Source: Squalus acanthias
Taxonomy: Eukaryota
DNA: 64,000 nucleotides
Direction of reading: 5' to 3'
Assembly (NCBI GenBank): GCA_030390025.1
Contig: CM059433.1
Span: forward strand, 7,938,001-8,002,000
The notes beneath the pieces were generated by a model that worked only from the letters and a program-made list of their open reading frames with translations, was not told the DNA's origin and ran no database searches. Below are positions 14,111 through 25,924 of the stretch, in pieces (the first letter of the stretch is position 1; every line of letters starts with the position of its first letter). The position numbers and the translations under genes were made by a program.

Positions 14111-15767
14111 TTCTCATTCAATGAGATCGTGGCTGATCTTCTGCCTCAACTCCATTCACCGGCCCTATCGCCATATCCCTTGATGCCCTTACTAGTCAGA
14201 AATCTATCGACTTTTGTTTTGAATATACCCAATGACTGAGCCTCCACAGCCCTCTGGGGTAGAGAATTCCAAAGATTCACCACCCTCTGTGTGAAGAAAT
14301 TTCTTCTCATCTCAGTCCTGAATGGCCTACCCTTTATCTTGAGGCTGTGGCCCCTGGTTCTTGACTCCCCAGCCAAGGGAACCATTCTCCCAGCATCCAT
14401 CCTATCAAGCCCTGTAATAATTTTGTATGTTTCAATGAGATCCCCGCTCATTCTTCTGAATTCAAGAGAATACAGGCCTAGTTTACTCAATCTCTTCTCA
14501 TACGACAGTCCCGCCATTCCAGGAATCAATCTCGTGAACCTTCGTTGCACTCCCTCTATGGCAAGTATATCCTTCCTGAGGTAAGGAGACCAAAATTGTA
14601 CACAGTACTCCTGGTGTGGTCTCACCAAGGCCCTATATAATTGGAGTAAGACTTCTTTACTCCTGTACTCAAATCCTCTTGTAATGAAGGCCAGCATACC
14701 ATTTGCCTTCCTAATGGCTTGCTGCACCTGCACATTCACTTTCAGTGACTCATGCACAAGGACACCCAGGTCCTTTTGAGCATCTGCATTCCCCAATCTT
14801 TCACCATTTAGGAAATACTCTGCCTTTCTGTTTTTTCTACCAAAGTGGATAACTTCACATTTATCCACATTATATTCCATCTGCCATGTTCTCGCCCACT
14901 CACTGAGCCTGTCAAGATCCCTTTGAAGCCTCTTCACATCCTCTTCGCAACTGCCACTGCCACCTAGCTTTGTATCATCAGCAAATTTGGAAATGTTACA
15001 TTTAGTCCCCTCATCCAAATCATTGATATAGATTGTGAATAGCTGGGGCCCAAGCACCGATCCTTGCGGTACCCCACTAGTCACAGCCTGCCATCCTGAA
15101 AAAGACCTGCTTATCCCTACTCTTTGTTTTCTGTCTGTTAACCAATTCTCAATCCATGCTAGTATATTACCCCCAATTCCATGTGCCCTAATTTTGTTCA
15201 CCAACCTCTTGTGTGGGACCTTATGGAAGGCCTTCTGAAAATCCAGATACACCACATCTACCGGTTCCCCTTTGTCTACTCCACTACTTACATCCTCAAA
15301 GAACTCCAATAGGTTTGTCAAACAGGATTTCCCTTTCATAAATCCACGTTGACTCTACCCAATCTTACTATTAGTTTCTAAATGCCCAGTTATTGCATCC
15401 TTTATAATAGATTCCAGCATTTTCCCAACTACTGATGTGAGACTAACAGGTCTGTAGTTGCCCGTTTTCTCTCTCCCTCCTTTCTTAAATAGCGAGGTTA
15501 CATTTGCTATCCTCCAATCTGCAGGAACCTTTCCAGAATCTATAGAATTTTGGAAGATGACAACCAATGCGTCCACTATTCCAATGGCCACCTCTTTCAA
15601 AACCCTAGGATGTAGGTCATCCGGTCCTTGGGATTTATCGACTTTTAGTCCCATTAATTTTGCTTGTACTGTTTTTTACTAATAATAATTTCTTTAAGTT
15701 CCTCATTCTCATCATACCCTTGGTTTTCTCGTATTTCTGGGAGGTTTTTTGTGTCTTCCTCCGTGAA

Positions 15768-16880
15768 CGATTTGGAGGAAGGGACCAAGTGTAACATATC
15801 AAAATTTGCAGATGATACAAAGATGGGAGGGAAAGTAGTGAGTGAGGAGGACATAAAAAACCTGCAAGGGGACATAGACAGGCTAAGTAAGTGGGCAGAG
15901 ATTTGGCAGATGGAATACAACACTGGAAAGTGTGAGGTGATGCACTTTGGCAGGAAAAATCCTAGAGCAATTTATTATCTTAATGGCAAGAAACTGGAGA
16001 GTACTGAAGTGCAAAGGGATCTGGGGGTCCTGGTGCACGAAACTCAAAAGGTTAGTATGCAGGTGCAGCAAGTGATTAAGAAGGCAAATGGAATGTTGGC
16101 TTTCATTGCTAGGGGGATAGAATATAAAAATAGGGAGGTATTGCTTCAGTTGTACAAGGTATTGGTGAGACCGCACCTGGAATACTGCATACAGTTTTGG
16201 TGTCCTTACTTAAGGAAAGACATCCTTGCTCTCGAGGCAGTGCAAAAAAGGTTCACTCGGTTAATCCCGGGGATGAGGGGGTGGTCATATGAGGAGAGGT
16301 TGGGTAGATTGGGACTCTACTCATTGGAGTTCAGAAGAATGAGAGGCGATCTTATTGAAACATATAAGATTGTGAAGGGGTTGGATCGGGTGGATGCGGG
16401 GAGGATGTTCCCGATGACGGGTGAGACGAGAACTAGGGGACATAGTCTTAGAATAAGGGGCTGCTCTTTCAAAACTGAGATGAGGAGGAACTACTTCACT
16501 CAGAGGGTGGTAGGTCCATGGAATATGCTGCCACAAAAAGCTGTAGAAGCTACAACATTAATTAAATTTAAAACAGAAATAGACAGTTTCCTAGAAGTAA
16601 AGGGCATTAAGGGTTACGGGGAGCGGGCAGGAATTTGGACATGAGTCTAGGTTCGGATCGGTCATGGCCCTGTGGGTAGTGGAGCGGGCCCAGGGACTGT
16701 GTAGCCTGATTCTGCTCCTATTTCGTGTGTGCAATTCTGTTAGATGCAGGAGATGGTTCTGTGATAGATAGTAGATTGGCGGTTAGGATCAGATCAGCCA
16801 TGATCTTATTGAATGGCGGAGCAGGCTCGAGGGGCCGATTGGCCTACTCCTGCTCCTATTTCTTATGTTCTTATGTTCTT
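15768..16880 (+). mobile_element. 5'-truncated CR1 nested in opposite orientation
   Basis: NDLEEGTKCNISKFADDTK through to the C-terminus; ends with a (ttatgttc)n tail. Confidence 0.9.
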
Positions 16881-18227
16881 AAGACAGAAACAAAGTATTT
16901 ATTTAATTTCTCTGCCATTTCCTCATTCCCCATTATAAATTCTCCCATCTCTGACTGTAAAGGGCCTACATTTACCTTCGCCAGTCTTTTCTTTTTTACA
17001 TACCTATAGAAACTTTTACAATCTGTTTTTATATTTTTCGCTAGTTTGTGCTCATATTCCATTTTCCCTTTCTTTATCAATTTCTTGGTCCCCCTTTGCT
17101 GATTTCTAAAAAGATCCCAATCCTCAGGCTGACTGCTTTTTCTGACAACTTTATAAGCTTCCTCCTTTGACTTAATACTAGCTTTAATTTCTTTTGTTAG
17201 CCATGGTTGGATCACTTTTCTTTTTGGATTTTTATGCCCTAGAGGAATATATGTTTGTTGCAAATTATGCATTATTTCCTTGAATGTTACCCATTGTATG
17301 TCCACCTTCATACCTTTTAGTGTAGTCTCCCAATCTACCATGGCCAACTTTTCCCTCATACCCTTGTAGTTTCCTCTGTTTAGATTGAAGACCTTAGTTT
17401 CAGATTGGACTACATTACTCTCAAACTTAATGTAAAATTCAATTATATTATGGTCACTTGTCCCTAAAGGCCCCTTTACCACAAGATTATTGATTAGCCC
17501 TTTCTCATTATACAGTACCAGATCCAGAATAGCCTGTTCCCTGGTTGGTTCCTCCACATACTGATCCAGGAAACCATCTCGCATGCATTCCAAGAATTCG
17601 TCCTCCACACCATTAGTGGTAATTTGATTTGCCCAGTCAATATGTAGATTAAAGTCTCCCATGATTACCGTATTGCCCTTGTTACATGCACTTCTAATCT
17701 CTTGATTGATACTGTGCCCTACATTACCATTACTGTTTGGTGGCCTATACACAACTCCCACCAATGTTTTCCGCCCTTTGCTGTTTCTTAGCTCCACCCA
17801 AACTGATTCCAGATCTACATCACTATCTGCCAAGCCAAGATCTTTTATCTCTACCGTACCGATCTCATCCCTTATTAACAGCGCTACGCCACCTCCTTTT
17901 CCTTTTTGTCTGTCCTTCCTAAATGTTGAGTACCCTGGAACATTCAGTTCCCAGCTTTGGTTACCTTGCAACCATGTCTCTGTAATGGCAATTACATCAT
18001 ACCCATTTATTTCTATTTGACCCATTAATTCATCCACCTTGTTGCGAATGCTACATGCATTTAGATAAAGTGCCTTCGACTTTGCCTGTTTAATATTTTT
18101 CTGCACTTTACTGTTGGCCTTTGTTTCTGCTCCCTACTAGTTTTGCTGACTACTTCTCTAACTTGCACTTCCAGCTTTGTTTCTCTCCGTTCTGGGCCCA
18201 CACTTAGGTTCCCAGCCCCCTGACAAA

Positions 18228-18665
18228 CTAGTTTAAATCCTTCCCAACAGCACTAGCAAACCCCCCTGCGATGATATTGGTCCCGGTTCTGCCGAGGTGT
18301 AACCCATCCAGCTTGTACAGGTCCCACCTTCCCCAGAATCGGTCCCAATGCCTCAGGAATTTAAATCCCTCCCTCCTACACCATCTCTCCAGCCTTGCAT
18401 TCATCTGGTCTATTCTCCTATTTCTGCTCTCGCTAGCACGTGGCACTGGGAGTAATCCTAAGACTACTACCTTTGAGGTCCTGCTTTTTAATTTATTTCC
18501 TAGCTCCCTATATTCTGCTTGCAGGACCTCGTCCCTCTTTCTACCTATGTCGTTGGTACCGATATGGACCACGACCTCTGGCTGTTCACCCTCCCCTTTC
18601 AGAATGTCCTGCAGCCGCTCATTGACATCCTTGACCCGGGCACCAGGGAGGCAACATACCATCCT
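18228..18665 (-). pseudogene. CR1 ORF1 SGNH/GDSL-esterase domain (partial)
   Basis: CLPGARV, VVHIGTND, DGLH motifs directly upstream of the ORF2 endonuclease. Confidence 0.85.
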
Positions 18666-18675
18666 ATTTTGCTTA

Positions 18676-20115
18676 CATTCCATGAATTCATCCTCCACAC
18701 TATTACTGCAAATTTGGTTTGCCCAGTCTATATGTAGATTAAAGTCCCCCATGATTACTGTATTACCCTCGTTACATGCGCCTCTAATTTCCTGATTTAT
18801 ACTCTGCCCTACATTACGACTACTGTTTGGGGGCCTATAAACAACTCCCACCAATGCTTTCTGCCCCTTGCTGTTTCTTAGCTCCACCCAAACTGATTCT
18901 ACTTCTTGATTTTCGGAGCTAAGATCCTTTCTCTCTACTGTCTTTATCCCATCCTTTATTATCAGGACTACCCCTCCTCCTTTTCCATTTTGCCTATCTC
19001 TTCTAAAAGTTAAGGGGGAGAAATTCAGTATCGCCCCATTTGGGGCGCAATTATCGTCCGGGCGCAAAGATTAGCGCCTGGCGCTAATTATCGCCACCGA
19101 CTGCAAACTTGAGTTTTATCGCCCCTGGAGGTGATTGGAGTGCTAAATCAGGCGCTTCACACCTGTCTTAAGGCGCAAAGGCCGAGGAGCGAGGCGCTAC
19201 CTCAGAGCGCTGGCGAAGCTCATGTGATATCAGTCAGCAATGGAACACACACACAATGGCGCGGGCCAGTTCTTAAAGGGGAGGGTTGATCTTGCTTTCC
19301 ATCCACATCCTGCTCATTGCAGCCTTGAATCTCGGCCTGGAAAGAGCTGTACATCAAATCTGCTGGAAAGAACAATGGAGAGTACCAGGGAAAGAGCTCA
19401 GAGTGCAGCCCCCACAGTCTCTTCTAAATCGATACAAGGAAGGGCAAATCAAAATGAACCTGCAAAGTGCTACTCAGTACCCAAAACTCCCTCACACAGC
19501 GTTGAATCTCTCCAGAAGTCTCTCTCTCTCTCTCTCTCTCTCAGAAAGCGTGGTTCAAAAATGTCACCAACAATAAAAGGCAGGAAGCTGTCGCCTTTAA
19601 ATAGCGCTCCCCCAGTCCCTTCCTGACTGCAAAACGCTCCCCTCAACCTGTCGTTGCTAGCGGCAGGCAGTAAGGCAGGGGGCGCCACTCAATATCCGCT
19701 CCGGGGCGATACCGGGGCGTTGCGAACTCGACTGACGTCACGATCTGCCGGTGCAGGAGATCGTGGCGGTAGTGTTTAGCGCCGCCGCAAAATGTCTAGT
19801 TAATTTCGCGAGCGGCGCAAACATGGCCGCGCCCGGGCGCTAGATGATTTGCGCCCCATTAGCGCCCTCTTAAGGCGCTAACGGGAGGCGCAACCAACTG
19901 AATTTTTCCCCCTAAGTATCCTGGAATATGTAGTTCCCAACCTTGGCCACATTGCAACCATGTCTCTGTAATGGCTAATAGATCAAACCTATTAATTTCT
20001 ATCTGCGCTTTTAATTCATCTATTTTGTTGCAAATGCTTCGCGCATTCTGATATAGTGCCTTTAGCTTTGACTTAATTCTATTTTTTCCTGATGTCCCCT
20101 TAGTCACTGATGCCT
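18676..20115 (-). mobile_element. CR1 endonuclease fragment interrupted by a Harbinger MITE
   Basis: NARSI..ITETWL..IPGY|LTFRRDR..GGGV..YRPP..GDFN rejoin across 19014-19912. Confidence 0.88.
19014..19912. mobile_element. PIF/Harbinger non-autonomous element (MITE), 899 bp
   Basis: TIRs gggggagaaattcag / ctgaatttttccccc; TAA TSD at 19011-19013 and 19913-19915. Confidence 0.88.
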
Positions 20116-20119
20116 TATT

Positions 20120-20885
20120 ACCTCTCTCTCCAGCACTATAATATTCTCCTTAATCAATACTGCCACCCCACCCCCTTTCTTTCCCTCCCTATCTTTCCTG
20201 AACACCTTATATCCAGGAATATTTAGTACCCAATCCTGCCCTTTTTTGAGCCAGGTCTCCGTTATCGCCACTACATCATATTCCCATGTGGCTATTTGCG
20301 CCTGTAGCTCACCAACCTTATTTACTACGCTTTGTGCGTTTACACACATGCACTGTAAACCTATCTTAGACCTACTTGTATTCTCTCTTAGTCTAACCCC
20401 ACCTAATGCCGTACTATTTCTTACTTTAGTGCTATCTGTATCTCCCACTCTTTTGTGCACCATGTTTCTCCTTTCTAATGCTACATCCTGGTGCCCATCC
20501 CCCTGCCAAATTAGTTTAAGCCCTCCCTAACAGCACTAGCAAACCCTCCCGCGAGGATATTGGTCCCGGCTCTGTTGAGGTGCAACCCGTCCGGCTTGTA
20601 CAGATCCCACCTCCCCCAGAACCTGTCCCAATGTTCCAGGAATCTAAAGCCCTCCCTCCTGCACCATCTCTCCAGCTATGCATTGATGTGCTCTATCCTC
20701 CTTTTTCTGCACTCACTAGCGTGTGGCACCGGGAGTAATCCGGAGTTTACTACCTTTGAGGTCCTGCTTTTTAATCTCTTTCATAGCTCCCTAAAATCTG
20801 CCTGCAGGTCCTCATCCCTTTTTCTACCTATGTCATTGGTACCGATATGGACCACGACCTCTGGCTGTTCTCCCTCCCCCCTCAA
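20120..20885 (-). mobile_element. CR1 5' fragment (ORF1 esterase and start of endonuclease)
   Basis: VVHIGTND esterase motif (20781-20966 ORF); NAQSV..ITETWL..GGGV (20104-20463 ORF). Confidence 0.85.
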
Positions 20886-21627
20886 ATGCATTGAACGCTG
20901 TGAAGTTCCTATACTTGCATGGGAAATCCGAACTAAACTCGTCACAGAAAGTAAGGGCCTGTCCACTTCAGTCTAATTACTCTTTTTAATGGCGTGATAA
21001 GTCTTAATTACTGCCAAACAACCTCTCGGGCATTGAAAATTAACCTTTACAAGTGTGGAGTCTCATTCCTTCAGCTTTTAATTGTTTTTGGAGATTTAGG
21101 TTTTTTAAAACTTTTTTTTCTGTCTTTTTTTTCTCTCTCTTAATCCAATCTTTCTTTCCCTGTCTTTATTTAGTTTTCTGTACCTGATTTGACATTGAAT
21201 TCACTATTCTAACTTACACTTCCTTGTTCAGACTCTGTGCTGCTCATTCACAATTCTTCATTCTGATTGGTTAAGGAAATACGCAGTTGCTTGTCCTTCT
21301 CACACAGGTCCCAGGGTGCGGCACCATTTCGACCTCCCACTTGCAGAAACTTGTTTGCAAAAGCTCCTGGAAATGAAACGGGCAAGGGCAAGTCTAATGA
21401 ACGGCAGGTGCTGTCCATTCACCGGCTGGGCTAAATTCTGGCCCATTACGTCATCAGTAATGTTACTTTGCAGCCAAAAAAGTTTAAAAATTCTAATCAA
21501 AATCGCAAATAATCAATTGTGCCACCATTGCTGGTGTAACTCGGCCGTCATCCGTTTGTGACTGATGCCACCTGATATTTTGTATATAATAATGGGCATC
21601 CATTGTTGCTTTGAAAGGTCTGCTGAT

Positions 21628-21662
21628 GTTCTGATGAAAGGTCATCGACCTGAAACGTTAAC
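21628..21662 (+). ncRNA. Minimal type I hammerhead ribozyme motif in a Penelope-type fragment (21628-~21728)
   Basis: GUU-CUGAUGA-A-AGGUC(AUC)GACCU-GAAA-CG-UU-AAC. Confidence 0.7.
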
Positions 21663-21804
21663 TTTGTTTCTCTCTTCACAAATGCTGTCTGACCTGCTGA
21701 GTATTTCTAACATTTTCTGTTTTTATTTCCTCTATTTCTTTGTTACTGTTTGTTTCTTTACATCGGAGAGAGTATTGTATTATTCTGCTATAGGTTTACT
21801 CCTG

Positions 21805-23518
21805 CACGTGAGAGCAAAAGGCAAAGCTGAAGCGTTTGCAACAATCTTCAGCCAGAAGTGCCGAGTGGATGATCCATATCAGCCTCCTCCTGAGGTCCCC
21901 ACCATCACAGAAACCAGACTTCAGCCAATTCAATTCACTCCACGTGATATCAAGAAATGGCTGAGCGTGCTGGATACAGCAAAGGCTACGGGCCCCGACA
22001 ACATCCCGGCTGTCGTGCTGAAGACTTGTGCTCCAGAACTAGCCGCGCCTCTAGCCAAGCTGTTACCAGTACAGCTACAACACTGGCATCTATCCGACAA
22101 TGTGGAAAACTGCCCAGGTATGTCCTGTCCACAAAAAGCAGGACAAATCCAATCCGGCCAATTACCGCCCCATCAGTCTACTCTCAATCAACAGCAAAGT
22201 GATGGAAGGTGTCGTCGACAGTGCTATCAAGCGGCACTTAGTCACCAATAACCTGCTCACTGATGCCCAGTTTGGGTTCCGCCAAGACTACTCGGCTCAA
22301 GATCTCATTACAGCCTAGGTCCAAACATGGACAAAAGAGCTGAATTCCAGAGGTGAGGTGAGAGTGACTGCCCTTGACATCAAGGCAGCATTTGACCGAG
22401 TTTGGCATCAAGGAGCCCCAGTAAAACTGAAGTCAATGGGAAAACTCTCCACTGGCTGGAGTCATACCTAGCACAAAGGAAGATAGTTGTGGTGATTGAA
22501 GGTCAATCATCACAGCCCCAGGATATTGCTGCAGGAGTTCCTCAGAGCAGTGTCCTAGGCCCAACCATCTTCAGCTGCTTCATCAATTACCTTCCCTCCA
22601 ACATAAGGTCAGAAGTGGGGATGTTCGCTGATGACTGCACAGTGTTCAGTGCCATTCACAACCCCTCAGATAATGAAGCAGTCCATATCCGCATGCAACA
22701 AGACCTGGACGACGTTCAGGCTTGGGCTGATAAGTGGCAGGTAACATTCGTGCCAGGCAATGACTATCTCCAACAAGCGAGAGTCTAACCACCACCCCTT
22801 GACATTCAACGGCATTATCATCGCCGAATCCCCCACCATCAACACCCTGGGGGTCATCATTGACCAGAAACTTAACTGGACCAGCCACATAAATACTGTG
22901 GCAACAAGAGCAGGTCAGAGGCTAGGTATTCTGCGGTGAGTGTCTCACCTCCTGACTCCCCAAAGCCTTTCCACCATCTACAAGGCACAAGTAAGGAGTG
23001 TGATGGAATACTCTCCACTTGCCTGGATGAGTGCAGCTCCAACAACACTCAAGAAGCTCGACACCATCCAGGACAAAGCAGCCCGCTTGATTGGCACCCC
23101 ATCCACCACCTTAAACATTCACTCCCTCCACCACCGGTGCACCGTGGCTGCAGTGTGTACCATCTACAAGATGCACTGCAGCAACTCGCCAAGGCTTCTT
23201 CGGCAGCACCTCCCAAACACGCGACCTCTTCCAACTAGAAGGACAAGGGCAGCAGGTGCATGGGAACAACACCACCTCCAAGTTCCCCTCCAAGTCACAC
23301 ACTATCCTGACTTAGAAGTATATCGCCGATCCTTCATCGTCGCTGGGTCAAAATCCTGGAACTCCCTCCCTAACAGCACTGTGGGAGTACCTTCACCACA
23401 CGGACTGCAGCGGTTCAAGAAGGTGGCTCACCACCACCTCCTCGAGGGCAATTGGGGATGGGCAATAAATGCTGGCCTTGCCAGCGACGCCCACATCCCA
23501 TAAACGAATAAAAAAAAA
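21805..23518 (+). mobile_element. CR1/Jockey-group LINE of a second family (RT to poly-A tail)
   Basis: GPDNIP, NYRPISLL, QFGFR, FADDC, KAQVRSVMEY; AATAAA and poly-A end. Exact clade not determined. Confidence 0.85.
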
Positions 23519-23688
23519 TTCTGTTTTGTTAAAATGATCGAATCTAACCATGTCTGCCTTGCACATCCTATATACAGTTGACGAGCAAACACAATTTAAT
23601 TTAAAGAAACCTGTTTCAGAAGTATGAAAAACAGTTGTACTTTTTTCTCTTTACAGAATAGAGATAGCAAAAACTAGGAAATAATCCA

Positions 23689-24378
23689 GGGGGAGAAATT
23701 CGGTTGGTTAGCGCCTGGAGGAGGGGGGGCGCTAACGGGGCGCGAAGGGGTTAGTGACCGGGCACGGCGAATGCAGCGACGCCCGCGAACTTCAGTGCTG
23801 GTTTACCGACCGTGACGTCATAAAGTGCGCAGTGCCCCGTTATCGCCCCGGATGTGAAATTGCCTCCCGCCCCCTGCTGTATCGCTGAGCCTTGTCAACT
23901 GGGCTGGCCAGCTGGGGGAGCGCTAATTAAAGGCAATGGTTTTCAGGTCGGCCAACCTTTGTTATTTGGTGCCTGCTCAAAGATTTTAATGTTTCATTGG
24001 TGCGAGATGTCCAAGCTCTCCACTTTGTGAGAGTGTTTGGGGCTGAAACGGCAGTCGCCCAGGTCGCCCTGCAACGCAGAACTGCCGACAAGTAGGTCGT
24101 GCACCATCAGTGGCCCTCCCCTTTAAGCGAGGGAAGCAGCCTCTGATGCCGTTAGCGATGCGCTCCACATTGTTCAGCGCTCGGCCGCTACCGCCCTGCT
24201 CTCGGACTTTAGCACCCTAAGAGACGTGGTTAGCGCTTGATTTTGCGCTCCGCTTCCCTCTTGGAGCGCTAAAAGCTGAATTTCTCGGCAGGAGAGAATC
24301 ATTAGTGCCTGGCGCTACTTTTCAAAAGTTAGCGCCCCAACTGGGGCGATACCGGGGCGCTACGGAATTTTTAGACCC
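23689..24378. mobile_element. Harbinger-like MITE related to 19014-19912
   Basis: Left end gggggagaaattcgg; right end ggaatttttagaccc; many tagcgcc/ggcgct motifs. Confidence 0.7.
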
Positions 24379-25924
24379 AACTCTTTTAAACGACAAAGAC
24401 AGTTGAGCATTTTTATTTCGTTCTGCAACTTTTTATCACCTTTTTCTATTTTAATTCTTCTGCTAAGAGTTTTGTTTGATCTCGCCTTTATTCAGACAAC
24501 AGATGTCAGCGTAGCTCTGAATATAGGACAATGCACACTTAAGGCTGATGACTGAACAAAGATAGAGCTTGAAAGCTGCACATTGTGTTCGGAAGCCGAA
24601 AAGGAGCAGCCTACACCCAGCTGAGCAGTTGAACGTAACAAGTGCATCTTTGCATGTAACAGCCGTTCTTAATGTACATCGTATGCGAGCAAATGAGAGT
24701 CACTGCAATTGTACTGTTATTGCATCGGCGGGACAAGAGAGGGAGGGCACACAATCCTTTCATCAAATAATTTAGAGAGGACCACAGTTTTGAGCGCTGT
24801 CCTCTGCTGATTAGCTGACCTCAGTTGGCATGGCAGCAGGGGTTTTTTTTTTACAACTGACCTCAGTAACCCTGGGTTAGGAATGGGAAAATCAGCCAAG
24901 GTTCCCAGACTCACTGCCGAGGCTCATATAAAAAAAACAGAATTTTCCACTTCGGCTCGGTCCTGTAGAGAGCTGCCAGTGTCTGTGGAACTGCACTGCA
25001 GAGCAAATGAGAAGCTTCAGGATAGGAAGAACGGAAATGAAGACACGGAAAATTGTAACTAGTTTAGTCCGATAATCAGAGTGGAAGATAGTACCTAACT
25101 CTCTAACAATAGGAAAAGAAAAAACAGATGATGTGTTTGTTTATTATTTTAGCCCGTTTGTGGTCAGATGCACATTGTGAGAAGATGGGGGTCATGCTGT
25201 GTAAATGTCAACAGGCTCCACCACACACACGAGTTAACAAGGCCCAAATTAATTCACTCAGCCTCCAATAATGAACTCGCATAAACAAATGTACTCTGTA
25301 TCATTTTACTATTTCATGTCAGTTATTGAAAGCCATTTTGTCGCTGTTGTTTTTCATCTAATATAACATTATCTTTTGCAATGGAAGAAAAAGTACAGTT
25401 AAACAATATTTTATCTGCACACCCCTTTCTACTCTGCGGTAATGCGTGGGTGGATATGAGAGCTATTATTTAGTACATTCCCATCGGCCTAGCTCTGTCT
25501 TGTTCTCACCTCCTACTCACCAGGTTAGATTTTGTACCCACTTTTCATTCTCAGCTTTGATCTTATCATGTGTTCCACAGTTTGCATCTCACCAGAATGT
25601 AAAGTCAAGCTTAGACTGACATAGTTTAATAACTCTTAAACTGCTACCAACCGTTTTGAAGCCTTTCTCTTTCTCATTAGATAAAGCCAAATAAATGTCA
25701 AAATAGCTCAAAGCACTAAATGGATTTTATGGCTTGCAAACATTAAATAGGTCTACCCTACCGAGGACCACCATTGGCCTGCTGTAATCTTCAAAACCAG
25801 GATGATTGTGTTTGTAGCCTTATAATACCCAAGAAAGTGTGGAGGGGGACAAGTCCATACTTGCCGACCAAATCAACGTTCCATTGGCCTTGCAGTTAGG
25901 CTGTGAAGCACAGCTTACGAGCTA

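Larger units (their letters stand above)
10191..14887. repeat. Tandem duplication unit 2 (~4.70 kb)
   Basis: Near-identical copy of 5490-10190; junction ...tccatctgcc-AT-aatagtgatgctg... Confidence 0.95.
14115..18665 (-). mobile_element. Long CR1 LINE (partial ORF1 esterase, ORF2 EN and RT, 3' end), split by an antisense CR1 at 15768-16880
   Basis: ORFs 14146-15339 (RT), 15355-15654, 16871-18106 (APE endonuclease: ITETW, GGGV, YRPP, GDFN, SDH); YFVSV|(F)TEED is continuous across the insertion. Confidence 0.92.

Noticed and set aside
15664..16644. 326-aa ORF as a novel protein
   Set aside because: N-terminus is antisense read-through of the host CR1 into a nested CR1 RT fragment
19014..19912. 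CRISPR-like array or CpG-island promoter
   Set aside because: Motifs are short, irregular and on both strands inside a TIR/TSD-bounded element in eukaryotic DNA
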